A DNA stretch of 64,000 bases from Eledone cirrhosa (taxonomy: Eukaryota), in NCBI GenBank assembly GCA_964016885.1, contig OZ024745.1, positions 120,962,001 through 121,026,000 of the forward strand. Direction: 5' to 3'. Under the pieces are notes generated by a model that saw nothing but the letters and a program-made list of their open reading frames with translations, was not told the origin of the DNA and made no database searches. Below, piece after piece: positions 1 through 14,219 of this stretch (position 1 is the stretch's first letter; each line of letters starts with the position of its first letter). The position numbers were made by a program, and so were the translations under genes.

Positions 1-1319
1 CATATTACATCGCTTATATAAACATACATTTGCATCGTTATATAAGGTTTATATTTCTGTCACTAATTTTCTCCTTTTCCGTTTTCATTACATTTCACTG
101 TAATGCAGTTTATATATAATATCTTTTTTTAGAGTCTCTCTTCAATTTCTGTGCATACTGTCAATTAGAATTTTATTTGACATATATCTAGATGCATGTA
201 TATTTGCATATAATATCAATATGCACACTACACATGCTAGCAGAAAACCACCTGCTAGTATTATATAATGGTTTCTGATTTAGGCACAAGGCCAACAATT
301 TTGGGAGACAGGAAAGTCGATTGAATGATCCAGTGAATTACTGGTACTTTATTTTATCAACTCCGTAAGGATGAAAGGCAAAGTTAACCTCGGCGGGATT
401 TGAACTCAGACCGTAAAGAGACGTAACTATGCTACAAAGCATGTTGTCTGACACTCCACCGATTCTGCCAATCCACCGCCATGCAATACTATATAATGCA
501 AAAAGGTCTTGTGTGGTTCATTGAAATATCACATTGACAAATACTGTGACATGATGTTTATTGGAAATGGACAAAATATAATTATTTCTACATAATGAAA
601 CTTGGCTGCAATTATTGGTTTTTGGTTGAATATTTTATTAAGACATGTTGGAATCTGCATTAAGCAGATATAGCAGAATCCCAAGACTTACAACACACAC
701 CAACGACTTCCACCATCTCATAACTTGATGTTATATGGCTTCAATAAACATATTAAGTCATCAGTGTGTGAATATATTAGTTAATAAAGGTCATAGAACA
801 AAACATAAAACTAGTATGCAGAGTCAGGACATTCTGAAAGCTCTGTCTCTCTCTCTCATTTATATATATATACACACACCTCTATCTCAATTTCTCTCTC
901 TCTCACACACACTCCCTCCCTCTCACTTAGAATTACAGCTCAGTAAGCAATGTAATATGTAAAAGAAGAAGTAAAATAGGAAAACAAATAATGTAAATGT
1001 TTTGTTGTTGTTTTTTCGGGGGGAGGGATTCTTCTTTTTTTTTGCTGATTCAGTGAAAGCATCGTCATCATTTTATGCCTGCTGTCCATGTTGGCATGGG
1101 TTGTAATGGAGAGAACTCATGATGTTCATAAGTTCCATATTTGATTTGGCTTCTATGGCTGGATGCCATTTCCAATGCCAACCTCTTTACAGGGTGTATT
1201 GAACCCATTTTATTATGGCACCAGCACTAAAAATATATAGGTCAAGGCTGAGCCTATACATATGTAGGTTACGCCTCAGTTTGAACATATTGTATGTTAT
1301 GATTGAGCCTGATCATATA

Positions 1320-1625
1320 CAGTTGTCCCCTGGTATTCATGAGGGTTACATTCTTTGAGCACCAGCAATAAGTGAAAAACCAAGAATATTGGTGTGGCCC
1401 ATAAAAATGCCTATAAACTTCAAAACATAACGTAAAATATAGGCCGGCAAATATGGTATATTGTTGTTAATAATCTAGCATTAAAAAACATGAAAAAATA
1501 TATATTGCCACAAAAACAGCCATAAAATATTGCAGAAGATATTTACGATTCCATGAATAATTATTAGTTAGGTTCTAAGGAAAATTATGTGAATAACCGG
1601 GACCGCGAATGCCAGGGGTACCCTG
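1320..1625. mobile_element. Tigger/pogo-like MITE
   Basis: TA|CAG..ccctggtattc ... gaatgccaggggtaccCTG|TA. Related copies at 47947-48264 and 48395-48493. Confidence 0.7.
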
Positions 1626-1689
1626 TACAGAGGTCAAGACTCAGCCCTAACATATTTAAGTCAAAGCTGATCATGATACCATTTATGCC

Positions 1690-2900
1690 TGGTTTTCCTT
1701 GAAAGCCTGGAAATCTGTATGTATGTCCTTCCTTCTCATCCCATCCTCATATCTGGGGGTCGGCGGGTCACGGATTTATTGACCAGCACTCTCCATCTTT
1801 TCCTGTCTCTTGCCATTGCCATACATTCCACCAAACTCCTTCCTGTCCATTCCTTAATATCATCTGTCCATCTTATTTTCTGCCATCCCCTGGCCCTTTA
1901 CCCCTGTATTCGTCCCTCAAGGATGAGGGTAGTCAAATTTTGGGCCCTGATGACATGACCACGGTTTCAACCAACTGTCAATTGGCACCAATCTCTTCCA
2001 GAACAGATTCAATTGTTCTGGGAGTTGTCCTGTCCAGCTAATTCTGAGTGCACGCCAATAGCATGACATTTCAAATGCACTCAGTCGTTTCAAGTCAGAT
2101 GCCTTTAAAGTCCATGACTCACAACCATATAGAGCCACCAGCCACAAATGTTTTGATTACTTTCTTTTGGTAGGCTTTGCAAGAACTCTATCTATCCAAA
2201 GGCTGCTGAGTGTTCCCAGGACTGTTCTTGCAGTTGCTAGTCTCGCCCTTATTTCCCAACTTCCCTCTACTGTATTGAACCAAGGTATTTGAACTTCTCG
2301 ACTTGTTCAAGCCTGGCACCTTGGCACCATGTGTTCATTTCTTCCTTCTGTCTAGTTGTTGCCATTACTTTTGTCTTTTTGATCTCCAGACTATATTCCT
2401 TTGAAATTCTGTAAACTTTATCCAACAGTGTTTGTAGATTTGCTAGTGAGTTTGCTATGAGCACTATGTCTTCAGCATACGGCAGGTTGTTGATCTCTTT
2501 CCAACCAACAGAAACCCTGATCCACCACCGCAGAAGAAAGATTGACTACCAAAGGCAATACCAGCCATTCCTGTCAAACTCCTCTGTTTACAGTGAACCA
2601 TTGTGTGAGCTCTTTTTCCACTGTCACTACAGCTTGTTTCTCGTCATACATATTCTTTAATAATTTCACCATTGAGCCAGTCACTCCCATCCTCTTCAAC
2701 ATGTTCCAAAGTGTTGAATGTAATACAGAGTTAAATGCCTTTTTATAATCTACAAATGCTAAATGCAAAGGCACATTAAACTCCCTTGCTTTTTCCATGA
2801 TAATTTTTATATTGAAAATCTGATACCTGGTCCCCACCTCCCTTCTGAAACCCATTTGTTCATCCACACACTGTTCTTCTACCGTTCTCTGCATTCTCTC
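1690..2900 (-). mobile_element. RTE-clade LINE, decayed RT and 3' end
   Basis: ORFs EQMGFRREVGTRYQIFNIK...AFVDYKKAFNSV, VEKFKYLGS and ALYGCESWTL...FEMSCY, with frameshifts. Confidence 0.9.
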
Positions 2901-4356
2901 TAAGAACCTATAACTCCAGGTGGAGTCATAGAGTCATAGTGACATATGTCATTTTTGTGATTTTAACAGTACACAAGCAGGTAATACACACAGCTAGGAC
3001 CACATACAACACACAACCAGGTAATACACACATCTAGGACCACATACAACACACAAGCAGGTAATACACACAGCTGAACACAGTTGATTTCTTCCAGAGA
3101 AAGAAAGAAAAGTGAGAAAGAGATATAGAAGAAGATTCAACTCCAGTACTGTTTTATCAACCTCAAAAGGATAAAAGGCAAAGTTTACCTCAGCAAGATT
3201 TGAACTCAGACCGCAGAGTGCTGGAATGAATACTGCAAAGCATTATATCAGACACTGGGCGGTGGATTGGCAGTATCGGTAGAGGGTCGAACGTCATGCT
3301 TTGACGCATAGAGTTATAGCCCTTGCCATTCTGAGTTCCGATCCCACCAAGGTTAACTTTGCCTTTCATCCTTACGGGGTCAATAAAATAAAGTACCAGT
3401 AATGCACTGGGTAATTGCTGGCCTTGTGCCAAAAGTAGAAACAATTATATCAGACATTTTAACAGATCTGCCAGTTCAACACCTTGGACTATATGATGGC
3501 TTAAATAATTCAAGTGTATATTTATTTATTTATTTAAGTTGAAAACAGAAATAACGTTCAGAGAAATATTTAAACTATTTAAATATTTTAAACATTTCCC
3601 TTTTTTTGTGTGTGATTACTTATTGTGTAATAAAGATCAGATATATTTCAACATTGTCAAGTTAATTTGGTCAACAAAATAAATGTTTGTTATTTCAAAC
3701 ACCAAATATGTTTTGATTTGTGACAACTGAAACAATAAAACAGATTTAGGATTTGGAAAAAGCATAACAACTATCTAAAATATGCCAGATGTGGTTTTAC
3801 ATTAAGAGAAACTCGTTATAACAAAATATGTAGGTCTCGAATCTCATAACTTATTGAACCAATAGCTTAACAAGTTAAAAATCTATTTTACATAGAAAAC
3901 CTTATCTCCCCACCCCCATAGTCACATTAACAGTACACTTAAATGTTGTTGTCTTTTGTTGGTTTGCTTCGGAAAAAGTGGTCGTATTTATGAATAAATA
4001 TATTTACAGATCCTCCAGAACAATTGTAATTTGACAGCTAAAAGAAAAGCATGAGTAGAGAGGTAATTCCAGCAAAGAGATGTTTTGGGGAGGAATGATT
4101 GGATGTAGTGATTAGTGTGGTGTAGATAAGGGTGTAAACACAGTACTGGCAATGAGAGAATGAAGGGTGCTTGAGGGAAGATAGCATAAAACCACCCAGC
4201 TCTGAAGAGCCTAAGCTATTATAGTAGTGGTATAAAAGGCAAGGTGAGGAGATAGCATATCTTTGATCCACAGATTGCCACATCTTTCACATGAGAATGC
4301 TTAAATTTAAAACTAAGTTAAAAAATTGTTTCACAATTATATAATGTCCATGCTAC

Positions 4357-4570
4357 TTAACCCTTTAGCATTTAAACCGGCCATATCTGGGCAGAATTCT
4401 CTCACCTCTTTCTGTTCAAACCGGCCATAACCAGCCACTCATACTGACATTAAGGTATTGTTCTCAAAATAAATAATAACATCATCAAAATCTCAGAAGT
4501 TCCATATTATGTGAGATAAAGCCTTTAACCATGAAAATATAATAGAGTAATGTAAATGCTAAAGAGTTAA
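4357..4570. mobile_element. piggyBac-type MITE (TTAA TSD, CCCTTTAGCATTTA TIR)
   Basis: ttaa|ccctttagcattta ... taaatgctaaagag|ttaa. Further copies at 15910-16116, 33181-33409, 49176-49587, 49662-49871 and 60146-60540. Confidence 0.8.
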
Positions 4571-6100
4571 TGTAATTTTGGCAACACACACACAGACATA
4601 GAAAGATTCATACATACACATTTAAAAGGTGAATAGTTGTAGAAAACATTTGATGGTTGAAGACTTTCCTTCATCATCATCATCATCATCATCTTCGTTT
4701 AACGTCCATCTTCCACGCTAGCATGGGTTTCCTTAATTATAATAATTATCCATTATTATTATTATTTTAGTGTTTGGATTTTGTTTTGTGTTTACATGAG
4801 CTGCTTCCAAGTCTCACCCAGAAACCTCAAAAGATAGCAGTAAAAGAAACCATCCAGAAATGGAATGTATAAACAAGACATGGTTGCCTGAAAAGTCAAG
4901 CCTCAGAATATGAGAATATGACAACCTGTCTCACCTATGCAAGCATGGAAAATATACATTAAACAATGATGATGATGATGATGATATGTTGTACTATATA
5001 CTAAAGTCATATATAATAGCTGTGACAGGTGAGTAACTTAAAAAGATAACCAAGTTAATTCAATCATCTTATTTTAGTATCCATTATAAATATATTTTCT
5101 ACAGCTGTTGTTTTATGATAACTAAGAGCTTAAATATTTCATTTCCTTCTCTGTAATCTCTATAACAGACTTTCAGAAATTTATGGCTTGTTTTTACGGC
5201 TGCCTTGTAATAAAGATTTTGAAAACAACTTTATTGTAGTGTCAACTGCTCACAGATAACATGGCAATGATATTACAATTACATTGAGAATACATATAAA
5301 ACCATATGGTTAAACAGTTGATTTACTTATACATGACATCATAAATATCATCCATCTCACCCCACTCCAGGGTAACAAAAGCTCTTCAGTTAAGTCAATG
5401 ACCAGCAACCTTTCTAGTGTTGGTGCAACGATAAAATGAATCCAGTACACTGGAAAATGGTTGATGTTAAGGACTTCCAGCTATAGTAACAATGCAACAA
5501 AGGATTAAGAAGGGTCTTCAGTCATGGCACAACATTTCTAGTGCTGATGCCACAAGAAAAAACACTTAGTACACCTTGTAAGGTGGTTGGTAATAGGAAG
5601 GGCAACCAACTGTAGATGACATGCCAAAAAGAAAGGGTCAAAAAGATTCTTCAGTTGTAAAACACATCAATTCCAATAAAATCAATGAACAAGATAGGAT
5701 GATTAATTGAGAAACTGCTTCCGAGAGAAGACAATATAAATGATGAATAAAAACAGTATTATTGCTTTGCTGCCTGCTACCATTTCAACATTATATTTGT
5801 CTCTGTTTTATAAAGGAAATTAACTGTGATATTTTATATAAAACATGTTTAATGAATTGTTGTTTTGTTGTTGTTTAGATATTTTGGTCATCAATGGGAT
5901 GTCTAATCCAGTTACAGCAGATCTAATCCAAACTAACAATGGAAAAAAGAGATAGGAAAAAGGTAAAAGCAGATATGAAAGACATTTTAATCTGTTTCTC
6001 TTAAATCTGGCTATTTATGGTATAATTTGATAAGAAGCAAAAGCTTGGAATCAATGTATTTTAATATGGATGATACATAACTATGTCAATATATACTTAC

Positions 6101-6186
6101 ATTCTGGACATTTCCATTCTGGTAGAGTTGCCAGTGCCAGCAATGGAATCATGTATTCTATACTTGGTCCTTGATATAGGGGTAAT
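6101..6186 (-). CDS. SLC23A: SLC23/NAT transporter coding exon 3 (TM3)
   Basis: Acceptor tttttgatgtag, 86 nt, donor T|GTAAGT. Continues the frame as (R)LPLYQGPSIEYMIPLLALATLPEWKCPE, matching the RLP-x-x-QG-x-S and W-K-C-P motifs of SVCTs. Confidence 0.92.
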
Positions 6187-6325
6187 CTACATCAAAAACA
6201 AATATTGAAGTGATTATGAAGGACTGGATAATGATAAAAGTATAGCAATAAATTTATCCATGCAATGATGAAAAGATGAAAAAATATGAAAATATAATCA
6301 CAACAGTGCAGATAACTATAATAAT

Positions 6326-6510
6326 TGTTTCTACTTTTTGGCACAAGGCCAACAATTATCCCAGTGTATTACTGGTACTTTATTTTATCGACACTGTAAG
6401 GATGAAAGGCAAAGTTAACCTCGACGGGATTTGAACTCAGTCCGTAAAGGGACGTAATTGCGCTACAAAGCATGGCGTCCGACCCTCTACCAATACTGCC
6501 AATCCACCGC
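6326..6510 (-). mobile_element. tRNA-derived SINE family 1 (Meta-domain-like core)
   Basis: A/B boxes tggcagtattggtag / gagttcaaatccc; core gcctttcatccttac...gtcgataaaataaagtaccag; TSD agataactataataat. Copies at about 270-480, 3257-3443, 16700-17062, 17970-18224, 40535-40702, 44376-44560, 46150-46360, 46660-47135, 49212-49376 and 51255-51430. Confidence 0.88.
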
Positions 6511-8393
6511 AGATAACTATAATAATAATAGTTTATAACAAGTATCTCTTTCTTTTTTTCCATCTCCAGGGGTATTTTATCTGATTTCTTTAACTATTAT
6601 CTATAATTATTAACTATTACTATAGTTATCTACATTAGAGTGACTATATTTTCAAATTTTAAAATTTCTCAATGCTTTATAAGTCAATTAATTGTTGAGA
6701 GAAAACAGTTTTATTCATACACAGGACATTTTATAAGAGAAAAGAGTATCCAGTTAATCCCACAGTGTACTTTATCATAGGCCTCAAATTTAGGCAAAGG
6801 GGAGAGTCAATTAGTCCTTAACTGGCGCTTATTTTATCAACCAAGACAGGATAAAAGGTAAAATTGACCTCTGAGGATTTAAACTGAGAATGAAAAGATA
6901 CACAATGGCGATACCCTAGCATGGCCTTAATCAGTCGACTGGAACAGGTAAAAGAGTAAAAGAGTAACTAAATATCATGAGATATTTTGCTCATGGTTTG
7001 ACCAATTCAGCCAATCCATTGCTGTTGTCGTGGCCAGGGGTAAATAATATAGTTTTGATCTCTCAGCATATTACTTATACAAATGTTGTAATAAGAATAC
7101 TGAAGGAGAGTATAGAAAAGAGATATCTTAAATACTATTTAAAACAATACTTTTCTGTCTTGACTTCCTTCTTTTTGAATAGATTGTGTGCAGAAGTTGA
7201 AATGATTCTACCCAAGTTATTAAATCATAACCAATCAAATAATTTACTATCATTTACTGCATATGTTAGAATAACATATGCAGTAAATTGTTTGTATTTG
7301 CTCAGGCAGCAGACCATTTATACCTGATAGAAACAGCAATTAAATCTCACAACCAAAATAGAACCAACATGAGCAAAACAGCAACAACAACTAATGAAGC
7401 TTCTATGCAGTAACCAATGACGGAGGCTCTATAGTTGCTGTAGCTGCTAGAAATAGCATTCAAATCTCTCTCAAATCACACTAAAATATTAACAAAGGAA
7501 AAACACATTAAACAATATAGTCTGTTAAATAGGAAATGACAGGTTGAGCACAGCTGGAATGCTCTTTATTAAAGGTCTACTGAATGACACCTAACTTAGA
7601 GCTAAACAACAACTATAGTATATTGTACATAACTTTCAGTTACTTTTGTTCTCAAATCTCTCACTCGTTACCGCATTTTCACTCTTCTAATGAGATTTAC
7701 AAGCAGTGATTATTTTAATGTGCAGTTGACCACTGCTTGTGCAGTTCTGAATCTAATTTTATGGAGTAAGTTTACATTTTATGTCAAATACTATATGTGC
7801 TTACATGGTAATAAAGCCCCCCTTCAGTCATGAATGACCATGGGATTTACACCTAAAAAGTTCCCCTCCAAGGAACAAGTCCGGACAGTCACCCATGCAT
7901 ACCAGCCTCCCTTCTACACGCCAAAGGAAAAGCAATGGCCGATACAGCTTGGCATCTGTGACATCACAACTCATTTCTACGGCTGAGTAAACTGGAGCAA
8001 CGTGAAATGAAGTGTCTTGCTCAAGGTCACAATGTATCACCCTGTCCGAGAATTGAACTCACATCCTCCCGATTACAAGTCTAACCACTAAGCCATGCGC
8101 CTTCACGCTTACATGGTAAATGATGACTAAAAGACTAAAGAAAGCTCATAAAATGTTTAAAATAGCCATTAGAAATGTTTCTTCGACACTGACTATCAAA
8201 AACTCGGTCATAGTACTTGCCTCAAGCATTTGTGCAGTTCTAAAATGTCCTTACAATAAACCTTGGTGTTTACAAGTGGTTTGAAGCAAGCTTGGAGCAA
8301 GCCATTTTGACAGCGAGTGGGATAATCTTCCTAACACAGAAAACTTCATTAGGAATTCCAAATAACTTAAAATTTTTTTTAAAATAAACTCAC

Positions 8394-8551
8394 CTAATGC
8401 CAACAACTGTTTGCAAAAGGCTGCAAAAACCAGACATTAGCATTGTTGTACATAAAAGTTTTGCTTTAAAATCTTCATCTGCCTGAGCACACACTAAGTT
8501 AGCAACAGTGAGGGATACTGTTAGACTTCCAGATAATGATAATAGAGCTTG
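8394..8551 (-). CDS. SLC23A: SLC23/NAT transporter coding exon 2 (TM1-TM2)
   Basis: Acceptor ttatttgcag, 158 nt, donor AG|GTGAGT. Translates QALLSLSGSLTVSLTVANLVCAQADEDFKAKLLCTTMLMSGFCSLLQTVVGI(R), matching the NAT S-G-x-x-T/S-L-L-Q-T-x-x-G-x-R motif. Phase 0 in, phase 2 out. Not in the ORF track. Confidence 0.92.
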
Positions 8552-8585
8552 CTGCAAATAATAATTCATAGAAGTGTCAGTGCCA

Positions 8586-8796
<211 letters not shown>

Positions 8797-9201
8797 ATGA
8801 ATATACTGCCTGATGTGAAAAACATTAGACATGTGAGTGCAAGTGTGTATGTTCAGTTCACACACACATACATACACACCTCACAAATATGTGTATGTGT
8901 GTGTGTGTGTGTGTTGTGTAATTCTTATTGATTACTAAGAAGACTTAGTGATAGCAACAAACAACATTAGACATCAGAGGAAAGAATTAACAGTAAGATA
9001 TATGAACAACTCATTTTTAGAACCGTTGAAAAGATAGGAGGTTTGGATTCAATGTCAGTAGTTGAGATATTTTAGAAAAATAGTCTAAGTTGGGAATCAT
9101 CATCATCATCACCATTTTACGTCCATTTTCCATGCTAACATGGGTTAGATGAGTTTTCCTGTTGTAGTCAATGCTACATCAGGTGACCATGTCTAGCACC
9201 A

Positions 9202-9445
9202 CCCACTTTACAGTGTGTACTGGGTGCTCTTTGTCGTGACACCTACACGACCACTTTACAGTGTGTACTGGGTGCTCTTTGTCGTGACACCTACACGACC
9301 ACTTTACAGTGTGTACTGGGTGCTCTTTGTCGTGACACCTACACGACCACTTTACAGTGTGTACTGGGTGCTCTTTGTCGTGACACCCACACAACCACTT
9401 TACAGTGTGTACTGGGTGCTCTTTGTCATGACACCCACACGAACA
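9202..9445. repeat. 48-bp tandem repeat, about 5 copies
   Basis: Unit ccactttacagtgtgtactgggtgctctttgtcgtgacacctacacga. Confidence 0.95.
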
Positions 9446-9644
9446 CTATAATATAACGGTATACAGCAGGTGTGGGTTTGAGTCACACCAGTAGTGATGT
9501 ACACATTTTTCCATCACCAGGGGTTTATATTGATGTCACTAACCTTGAATTCAAAACAGTAAGAGATATTGTTAGGGTTTTAATAAATGATTTTGATTTC
9601 TTTTTTCTTTTTTGGGGGTGGGAAGAGGGTCTTAGATACAAAAA

Positions 9645-9860
9645 GGGAAGCACCCATGAACTTCTCAAGGCCTCTAAGATTGATAAAAGGAATGGAGGAA
9701 GAACTCTGAACTTCTCAGGATCTCCAAGACTGGGGGAAGGAATAGAGGAAACACTGTCTTTCTCATAGCCTCCAAGACTGGGGGAAGGAATGGCAGAAGC
9801 ACTCTGATCTTCACAGGGCCTCCAAGACTGGTGAGAAAAATGGAAGGAGTTATTCTCAAG
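9645..9860. repeat. degenerate tandem repeat of about 48 bp, about 4 copies
   Basis: Recurrent ggcctccaagactgggggaaggaatggaggaagcactctgaacttctca. Confidence 0.7.
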
Positions 9861-11307
9861 CAGGAGGTTGGGGTTGAATGGTTGCAACAGAATGGGCTCT
9901 GCTGAAGACATCCATGCGCCATGTTGTAGTGTTAAACTGGGTGAGCATGGTTGCTTCTAACAAGACGCTCTCAGGAAGAAGAAGAAAGAGGAGGAGGTCT
10001 GAGATCTTGTTAATCTTTAAAAGGCATGTGAATTATCACAATCGGGAGGTTGCCAGTTCAATTACCAGACCTGATGAGGCATTATGTCCTTGAGCAAGAC
10101 ACTTCATTTCATGTTGCTCTTTCTGCCAGGGGTTGCAACTGGTAGATAGTATCAGCAATAGAAAGACCAATGGAAACATTGTTTCCTTGGTCCAATTTAA
10201 TGAGTTCCACCCCTTTCGGTAAGCGAGTGATGTCTGCGATCTTGTCAATTGATGAAAAAAAAATTATGAGGGATTTATGAAGCTCGTTATAGGAGTTAAA
10301 TACAACATACAGGGGACAGACAAAAGCAAGACAGTTGTTCATTGTTGAAGTAGAGAAACATGGAGGTGGGGAGGGGTGAATGAGAGAGAGATAGACATAA
10401 CAAAGGAGTGAAGAAGGGAGAGATAAACAATCAGGTGGAGAGGGAGAGAGATTGATTTAAATAGAGAAGGGGAAGGGGTAGAGAGAGAGATGTTCGGACA
10501 TGTGATTGGTAAATAATTATGTTATTTATGTTGTTTAATAGAGTCTGAAGAAATCACTACAGAAATCAATACAGTAGAAATGTATTTTCCTGTTGTATTG
10601 ATTGAAACATACATACATCAATTAATTAATTGAATGTAATTTAATCCTGGGGCAAAGGCCAAAGCTGAAGAATATGTATATTATGCACCACCTTCTCCCA
10701 TACATTTCCCATGAGGACAAGCTGAAGTATTCATTCAGTGAAGCCTCCACCCCATGCTGTAAAGTGGTCCTGATGGCGACATGGCAAAAGTGCCCTGCGC
10801 ACACTCTAAAGTGTCACAGTAAAAAGCACCCAGTACTCACTGTAAATGAGGTTGGCGTTTGGAAGGGCATCCAGCTGTAGAAACCAAGCCAGAATCAGTT
10901 CTGTATGAACAAGACATGGTCACCTGACCTAGCATTGCCCACAACAGAATAACTCATCAAACCCATGCTAGCATGGAAAAATGGACATTAAACAGTGATG
11001 AGGATAATGATATATATATAAGTAACCAGCCCACACTATATAGTGGTTATGTAGGTGTCACAACGGAGGCCCTCAGTCCACACTGTAAAGTGGTCATGTA
11101 GGTATCATCACAAAAAGCACCCAGCACACCACACTGTAAATGTGGTTGGCATTAGGAAGGGCATCCAACCGTAGAAACCAAACCAAAATCAGTTCTGTGT
11201 GGGCAAATTGCAGGCCCCCAACTGACCTCTTACAAAGGGCCTGTCCTCCCCATGCTAGCGTGGAAGATGGACATTAAACGATAATAAATAATAATAATAA
11301 TAATAAT

Positions 11308-11348
<41 letters not shown>

Positions 11349-11787
11349 AAGGAGCGTGACAAATGGAGAGATGCTGTGCTGAAGAAGACCCGTCCCACCC
11401 TTGCAAGCAAGTACAAGCGGGCTTAAGATGATGTGTGTGTGTGTGTGTGTGTGTGTGTCTGGTTCAATCAGGGTTAGCCACAGTAAGTAAGGTACTCAGT
11501 ACATAGAGTATATAATGTTAAATATAGAAATGGCTTCTACAGGGCTTTCCTAATGATTTCATTCAAATGAAACAGTTCTAGTCCTGTAGAAGCCATTTCT
11601 ATATTAAACATTATATATATATATATATATAGATAGATAGATACACACACCACACATAGAGAAAGAGGGAGATGAAATTAAAAGAAAAACAACAAGATGA
11701 AAAAAAGAAAGGAGGAAGTAGAATAGAATTATGATGAGAGAGATATTAAAGTGAATGGCAAGCAATGGGATATGACAGAAGTCTCAC

Positions 11788-11946
11788 CTGTATTCCAAAC
11801 AGAAACGTGAGATGTAGTGGTGGATTATCTTCAATATTATATTGTAGGGACCTGCGACGTTTCATGTTAGTATTCTTCATCTGGATGCTGCTAGTTTTGT
11901 TCCTGACAACAGGGAGCTCTTTGGGATCTGATATATCATTACTCAT
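11788..11946 (-). CDS. SLC23A: SLC23/NAT-family transporter (SVCT-like), first coding exon
   Basis: Translates MSNDISDPKELPVVRNKTSSIQMKNTNMKRRRSLQYNIEDNPPLHLTFLFGIQ, matching the SLC23 N-terminal Y-x-I-E-D-x-P-P...G-x-Q motif. Acceptor ttttctacccag lies just upstream (exon starts 11952); donor CAG|GTGAGA, phase 0. The ATG at 11946 is the inferred start. Confidence 0.88.
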
Positions 11947-11981
11947 TATGTTCTGGGTAGAAAACAAATACAATATGTGTG

Positions 11982-12079
<98 letters not shown>

Positions 12080-13104
12080 GAGAGAGAGAGGGGGAGGGGG
12101 GAGAGAGAGAGAAAAAAGGTGAAGTTGGAAATAGCACAGAAATATATTTTAGGGTCTGTTTTTCTTTTTTTTTTCCTTTCTTTGATTCGTCAAAGTGATA
12201 TTATTGAAAAGATGACATTATTGAAAAAAAAGAGAGGAACAAATCTTTTAAAAAAAGAGTTTTATAAAGTATTTCCGGTTTCGATGTATTATTAAAATTC
12301 ATCTTATCAAATGTTGAGTATTACAATTAAAAAGAATTAATAAGAATTAAAATTAAGTGTTGGAGTAAGTTTTTTCCCCCCAGCGTCGAAGATGCTACTT
12401 TTTTCCTAAAAAAAGTCTCAAAAATCTACCATGCGTCCTGGAGGCAAAAGGTTGTTTATTATTTTTTTTCAAAATTAGGGTGAGTCTTCGAGGACGAAGC
12501 GTCTTTGGTGCCGAGAAATACGGTATATATATATATATTTGAAAAAAAGGAAAAGAAGGTTTTCACTTGTAGTTGATATTCTATAACAACTTAATTTTAT
12601 AATTTTACAATTTTGCTAAGTAGATCTAATAAGTCCTTTGTTAACTTTGGTAGAAATTTTTTTTTTAAATCCTGGTTAACTTTCTGGGGAACTTGCATTC
12701 GTCGGTGGTGATTGTCAAACTGATCTAAAGTGTTACTGTATTGGTGTATATATAGAGTATTTGGCTGTGTGTTTGGGAAAGTGTTATTGAGGTGTAAAGA
12801 TAGTGTTACCTTGGGAGAGATTTAATTGTCCCTATATTTCGGATTTCGCATCCATCAACTGGGGGTTTTCCGAGCGCGAACTCCGAAATATAGGGACAAT
12901 TAAATCTCTCCCAAGGTAACTCTATCTCGTGTTATTATTTTTATTTTTTACGCTCTTTCCTACGTTCCTCTACACACTATATATCTCATTCTACATTCCC
13001 TTACATCTCTCTCTCTTCACCACCGGATTCTGTTACCCGGAGATTTACCCATCTGTATAGTTGAGGCTTCCAAAACGACCAAATTTTATATATATATGTA
13101 TATA

Positions 13105-13135
<31 letters not shown>

Positions 13136-13447
13136 GTGTGTGTGTGTGTATATCTAAAGTCTGTCTTAAGCCAGAAGGCTCATTTGGCGGTGCTTATCCC
13201 GGTTTCATGGCGTGAAGCAACTGAGAGTACAAGACTCCCCCCTGGACAGGACGCCAGTCCATCGCAGGGTTAAACCCCTAGCTATTGCTGGTACTCATTT
13301 TCAGCTGAATATACTGGAGCAACGTGAAATGAAGTGTTTTGCTCAAGAACACAACACGCAACCCAGGAATCGAACACACGACATTATGATCGTAAGTCCA
13401 ACACCCTTACCACGTGCCTCCACATACATACATATATATATAGATAT

Positions 13448-14063
13448 ATATTTGAAAAAAGGAAAAGAATGACTTCACTTGTAGTTCTAAGCAATTTGAT
13501 TTAATTTTATATTATGAGTTGGTTGATCTAGTAAGTTCTTTGTTAACTTAGGTGGGAAGATTTTTAAAGATTCCTGTTTAACTTTGTTAGAGAACTTTCT
13601 TGCATTCATCTGTGGTGATTGTCAAACTGAGATCAGGTTGTGTTTTGATGTGTGACTCTATATATATGAGAGATTTGGATGTGTGTGTGGGGGGTGGGGG
13701 CCAATGAGTGTGGGAGTGAAGGAGTGTTGATGAAGATTTAAAGGAATTAAAGCATACACATATATGTGTATATGTGTATGCTTTAATTCCTTTAAATCTT
13801 CAACACTCATTAACACCCCACCCACCCTCCACCCCCAGACACATCCAAATCTCTCTCATATATTGAGTCACACATCACAACCTAACCTGATCTCAGTTTG
13901 ACAATCGCCATCAACGAATGTGAGAAAGTTCTCCAGGAATCTTTAAAAATCTTCCCACCGAAGTTAACAAAGAACCTACTAGATCAACCAACTCACAATA
14001 TAAAATTAAATCAAATTGCTTAGAACTACAAGTGAAGTCATTCTTTTCCTTTTTTCAAATATA
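13448..14063. repeat. inverted repeat with arms of about 300 bp
   Basis: tttgaaaaaaggaaaagaatgacttcacttgtagttctaagc... mirrored at 14063, centred near 13765. Confidence 0.85.
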
Positions 14064-14167
14064 CTTAACTGTACTAAGGATTTCACACATTTTCCAATAT
14101 ATATATATACACACGTATGTATGTGTGTGTGTGTGTGTGTATATATGTATATATATATATATATATA

Positions 14168-14218
<51 letters not shown>

Positions 14219-14219
14219 G

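Noticed and set aside
3257-3350. tRNA-like A/B boxes (many places)
   Set aside because: SINE heads: no full cloverleaf, and followed by the SINE core.
1-6100. Further SLC23 exons (for example an IGPLT-containing exon)
   Set aside because: None found by eye; they probably lie left of the window, though a short exon could have been missed.
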